A stretch of DNA of 64,000 bases from a virus. Below are positions 62,244 to 64,000 of this stretch, piece by piece. A program made the translations under genes and the position numbers. The notes under the pieces were generated by a model. The model made no database searches, was not told the origin of the DNA, and saw only the letters and a list, made by a program, of their open reading frames with translations. Each line of letters begins with the position of its first letter. The first letter of the stretch is position 1. The DNA lies in the IMG/VR virus record IMGVR_UViG_3300045988_131126; one strand, 5' to 3'.

Positions 62244-62997
62244 TAACGATTACACAATTATTACAGAAGGAGAATTAGGTGCTGTATTACAGAACTTTGA
62301 TCCTGATATGGTATTCTCTGTATTAGAGAATAATCTTGAAAATAAATACAGAGAATATGAATTAAATTTAACTAATTTGGTTACTTCATACGAATATCAG
62401 TTTAAAGAATTAGCTGATCAGTATGGACAAGATAATCAGATATTTGTAACTAGAGATCAGACATATGGAATTATCATAGAAAGAATATGTAGATTCCATG
62501 ATTTAGATATGCCTATCACTACAGATAATGTAGATATTTATACGTTAGCTTCTATAATGTATGAATTCTTTGTATCAAGTTTCACTAAATATATATCAAG
62601 ATTTTTTATCTCTTATATTTATAGGGAGAAAGATTCTATATATAAAATGATTCTTAGTTTTGATGAGGATAAAAAAGTTAAAAATAACAGTATAACTTAT
62701 GCTAAAAAGATATACGACAACGATCCTCAATTAGCAGCTATTCATGCATATATACCTAAGGTTGTAGAAAGTATATGCCAATTTCCTATTACATTACACG
62801 AATACATATCTGGTGTATATAAAACAGAGCCTCAGAAAGCTGATTTTTTAAGATCGGTATTACCCGACAATGAATATTTTTATTCTAATTTTGTAGTACC
62901 GTTTATTAATAACCACAGTAGTAGAATCATTATGGATATTAGATTTGCATTACAATCTGATGTATGTCCTACTTTAAGTTTTCCACAAAATCAATAG
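62224..62997 (+). CDS. Hypothetical protein (257 aa)
   Basis: ORF track. GGAGGA SD. 20-nt overlap with the upstream gene. Confidence 0.75.
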   Translation: MAFKSNSNDYTIITEGELGAVLQNFDPDMVFSVLENNLENKYREYELNLTNLVTSYEYQFKELADQYGQDNQIFVTRDQTYGIIIERICRFHDLDMPITTDNVDIYTLASIMYEFFVSSFTKYISRFFISYIYREKDSIYKMILSFDEDKKVKNNSITYAKKIYDNDPQLAAIHAYIPKVVESICQFPITLHEYISGVYKTEPQKADFLRSVLPDNEYFYSNFVVPFINNHSSRIIMDIRFALQSDVCPTLSFPQNQ

Positions 62998-63009
62998 AGG
63001 TGATATTTT

Positions 63010-63219
63010 ATGAAGAAAAATGAGTTGGTCGTATACAGACCACCCGAATATTATTTGAATTACTCTAAAACTACTAATATTAGTCTTATTTGTAATTCAA
63101 ATCGAATGGAAAATGTAGTATTACCAATATTAACTCTTTATAATTTACTACAAAGACTACGAGGTGGAACAAATGAACAAACGACAGAAAAAGAAACTGA
63201 AGAAAAGACATACACCTAA
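63010..63219 (+). CDS. Hypothetical small protein (69 aa)
   Basis: ORF track. AGAGGTGA SD. Confidence 0.55.
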   Translation: MKKNELVVYRPPEYYLNYSKTTNISLICNSNRMENVVLPILTLYNLLQRLRGGTNEQTTEKETEEKTYT

Positions 63220-63436
63220 TATAATCACAGAATTTAGAGATACAACTCGAATAGAAGGGGCTTCTTTACCAGATGAAATATTACAAGAAATATCAGATAG
63301 TATTAAAAAGATTATGGGTACATTCAAACCAATTTCATTTAAAGATATACCATATATAGTACCTGTTATTCTAGATGAGGATACCAAAATTGAAGTATAC
63401 GATATAATTATTCAGGAGGATAATAAAAATGAATAA
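63173..63436 (+). CDS. Hypothetical small protein with a basic N-terminus
   Basis: ORF-track frame 63164..63436. ATG 63173 follows GAGGTGG. It overlaps the preceding ORF by about 47 nt. Confidence 0.55.
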   Translation: MNKRQKKKLKKRHTPNIITEFRDTTRIEGASLPDEILQEISDSIKKIMGTFKPISFKDIPYIVPVILDEDTKIEVYDIIIQEDNKNE

Positions 63437-64000
63437 CGAGAATTTAAAAACAGTATTAACAGATGAGCAAGTAGATCAAATTGCAGAGAAATTAGAAGAA
63501 AGTAGATCAGAAGATAATAGAAAGATTGAAAATCTTCCTTCTAATAAAGATACTAATGAAAGAGTACCAGAAGATCCAAATGCTTATGAATCAGAAACAG
63601 TAACAGCCTATGTAGATCCTATGACAGGAGAAAAGAAACCGGTTCCTACAGAGATCGAACCATTGACTAATATTGATTTAGATACTTCTGGATTTGATAA
63701 TTTATTAAATATGAGTGACGATGAAATCAGAAACTTAGAGATATCCGATGAGGAACTTAAAGAATCTTTACCAGTAAAAGCATCTAAAGAAGATTTCGTT
63801 ACTTTCAGAAAAGTATTCGATAGATATAGAAAAGGAGAAGACTTCTCTGTATATAATGCATTACCACCATCATTTAAGAGATTCGTAGATGAAAGCATTG
63901 CATCTATTTCTATGGAGAGTCTATCCAAAGCACAGATTAAAGATGTAAGATCAGTTATTACTAAATCCATCTTTGATGAGATTATCCAAGATACTTATCA
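63429..64000 (+). CDS. Partial CDS (N-terminal 190 aa; continues past the window end)
   Basis: Hand translation from ATG 63429 (CAGGAGGA SD) is stop-free to the window end: MNNENLKTVLTDEQVDQIAEKLEESRSEDNRKIENLPSNKD... Confidence 0.65.
   Translation, partial: MNNENLKTVLTDEQVDQIAEKLEESRSEDNRKIENLPSNKDTNERVPEDPNAYESETVTAYVDPMTGEKKPVPTEIEPLTNIDLDTSGFDNLLNMSDDEIRNLEISDEELKESLPVKASKEDFVTFRKVFDRYRKGEDFSVYNALPPSFKRFVDESIASISMESLSKAQIKDVRSVITKSIFDEIIQDTY

Noticed and set aside
63010-63436. The 47-nt overlap of ORFs 63010-63219 and 63173-63436 as a programmed frameshift site.
   Set aside because: I saw no slippery run in the overlap, and the downstream ORF has its own SD and ATG. The overlap may simply mean that one of the two short ORFs is mis-called.

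Overview
This window is a very AT-rich, densely coding piece of a large tailed-phage genome. I count about 66 protein genes on both strands. I found no rRNA, tRNA, CRISPR array, integrase or transposase.

It is most likely a jumbo phage of a low-GC Gram-positive host, because nearly every gene has a strong GGAGG-type Shine-Dalgarno site.

Genes I could recognise by reading motifs directly:
- Two separately encoded halves of a multisubunit RNA polymerase beta-prime subunit. The N-terminal half, with the DYDGDQ catalytic loop, is at 29055-30854 (minus). The C-terminal half is at 54150-56357 (plus).
- A T4-type head module: a gp21-like prohead protease, an acidic repeat protein, and a gp23-like major capsid protein.
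- A gp17-like large terminase and a gp25-like baseplate protein.
- A family B DNA polymerase ORF that begins at motif A and has no exonuclease domain.
- A DEAH SF2 helicase and a 1528-aa protein fusing SNF2 to a permuted papain-like domain.
- An RNase H/FEN-like nuclease and a PC4/YdbC-like ssDNA-binding protein.
- Two Nudix-like paralogs, one inside a 774-aa zinc finger / nuclease / GNAT / Nudix fusion.
- A MazF/PemK-like protein, two YD-repeat-like proteins and a YkgJ-type Cys-rich protein.
- About 40 ORFs have no recognisable function.

The non-coding DNA is the most informative part:
- (a) About 14 copies of an early-type promoter word, TATATTAT..(G)TGA(A/T)AA. Several sit inside a reused modular cassette.
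- (b) Nine copies of AACA-N6-TA upstream of head, terminase and other apparently abundant genes. This matches, from memory, the late-promoter consensus of the Bacillus jumbo phage AR9 non-virion RNAP.
- (c) TCWGAAT palindromes clustered next to three early promoters, one of them upstream of a double-HTH protein.
- (d) An ORF-less copy of the early cassette just upstream of the terminase gene. It is flanked by 37-bp direct repeats and contains a 15-bp stem with three G-U pairs, so it may encode a structured RNA.
- (e) An 18-bp perfect inverted repeat bracketing a small gene.
- (f) A stop-free -1 frame that fills a 200-nt apparent gap behind a GGTTTTT run.

All functional calls come from motif reading by eye. 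No database search was run.
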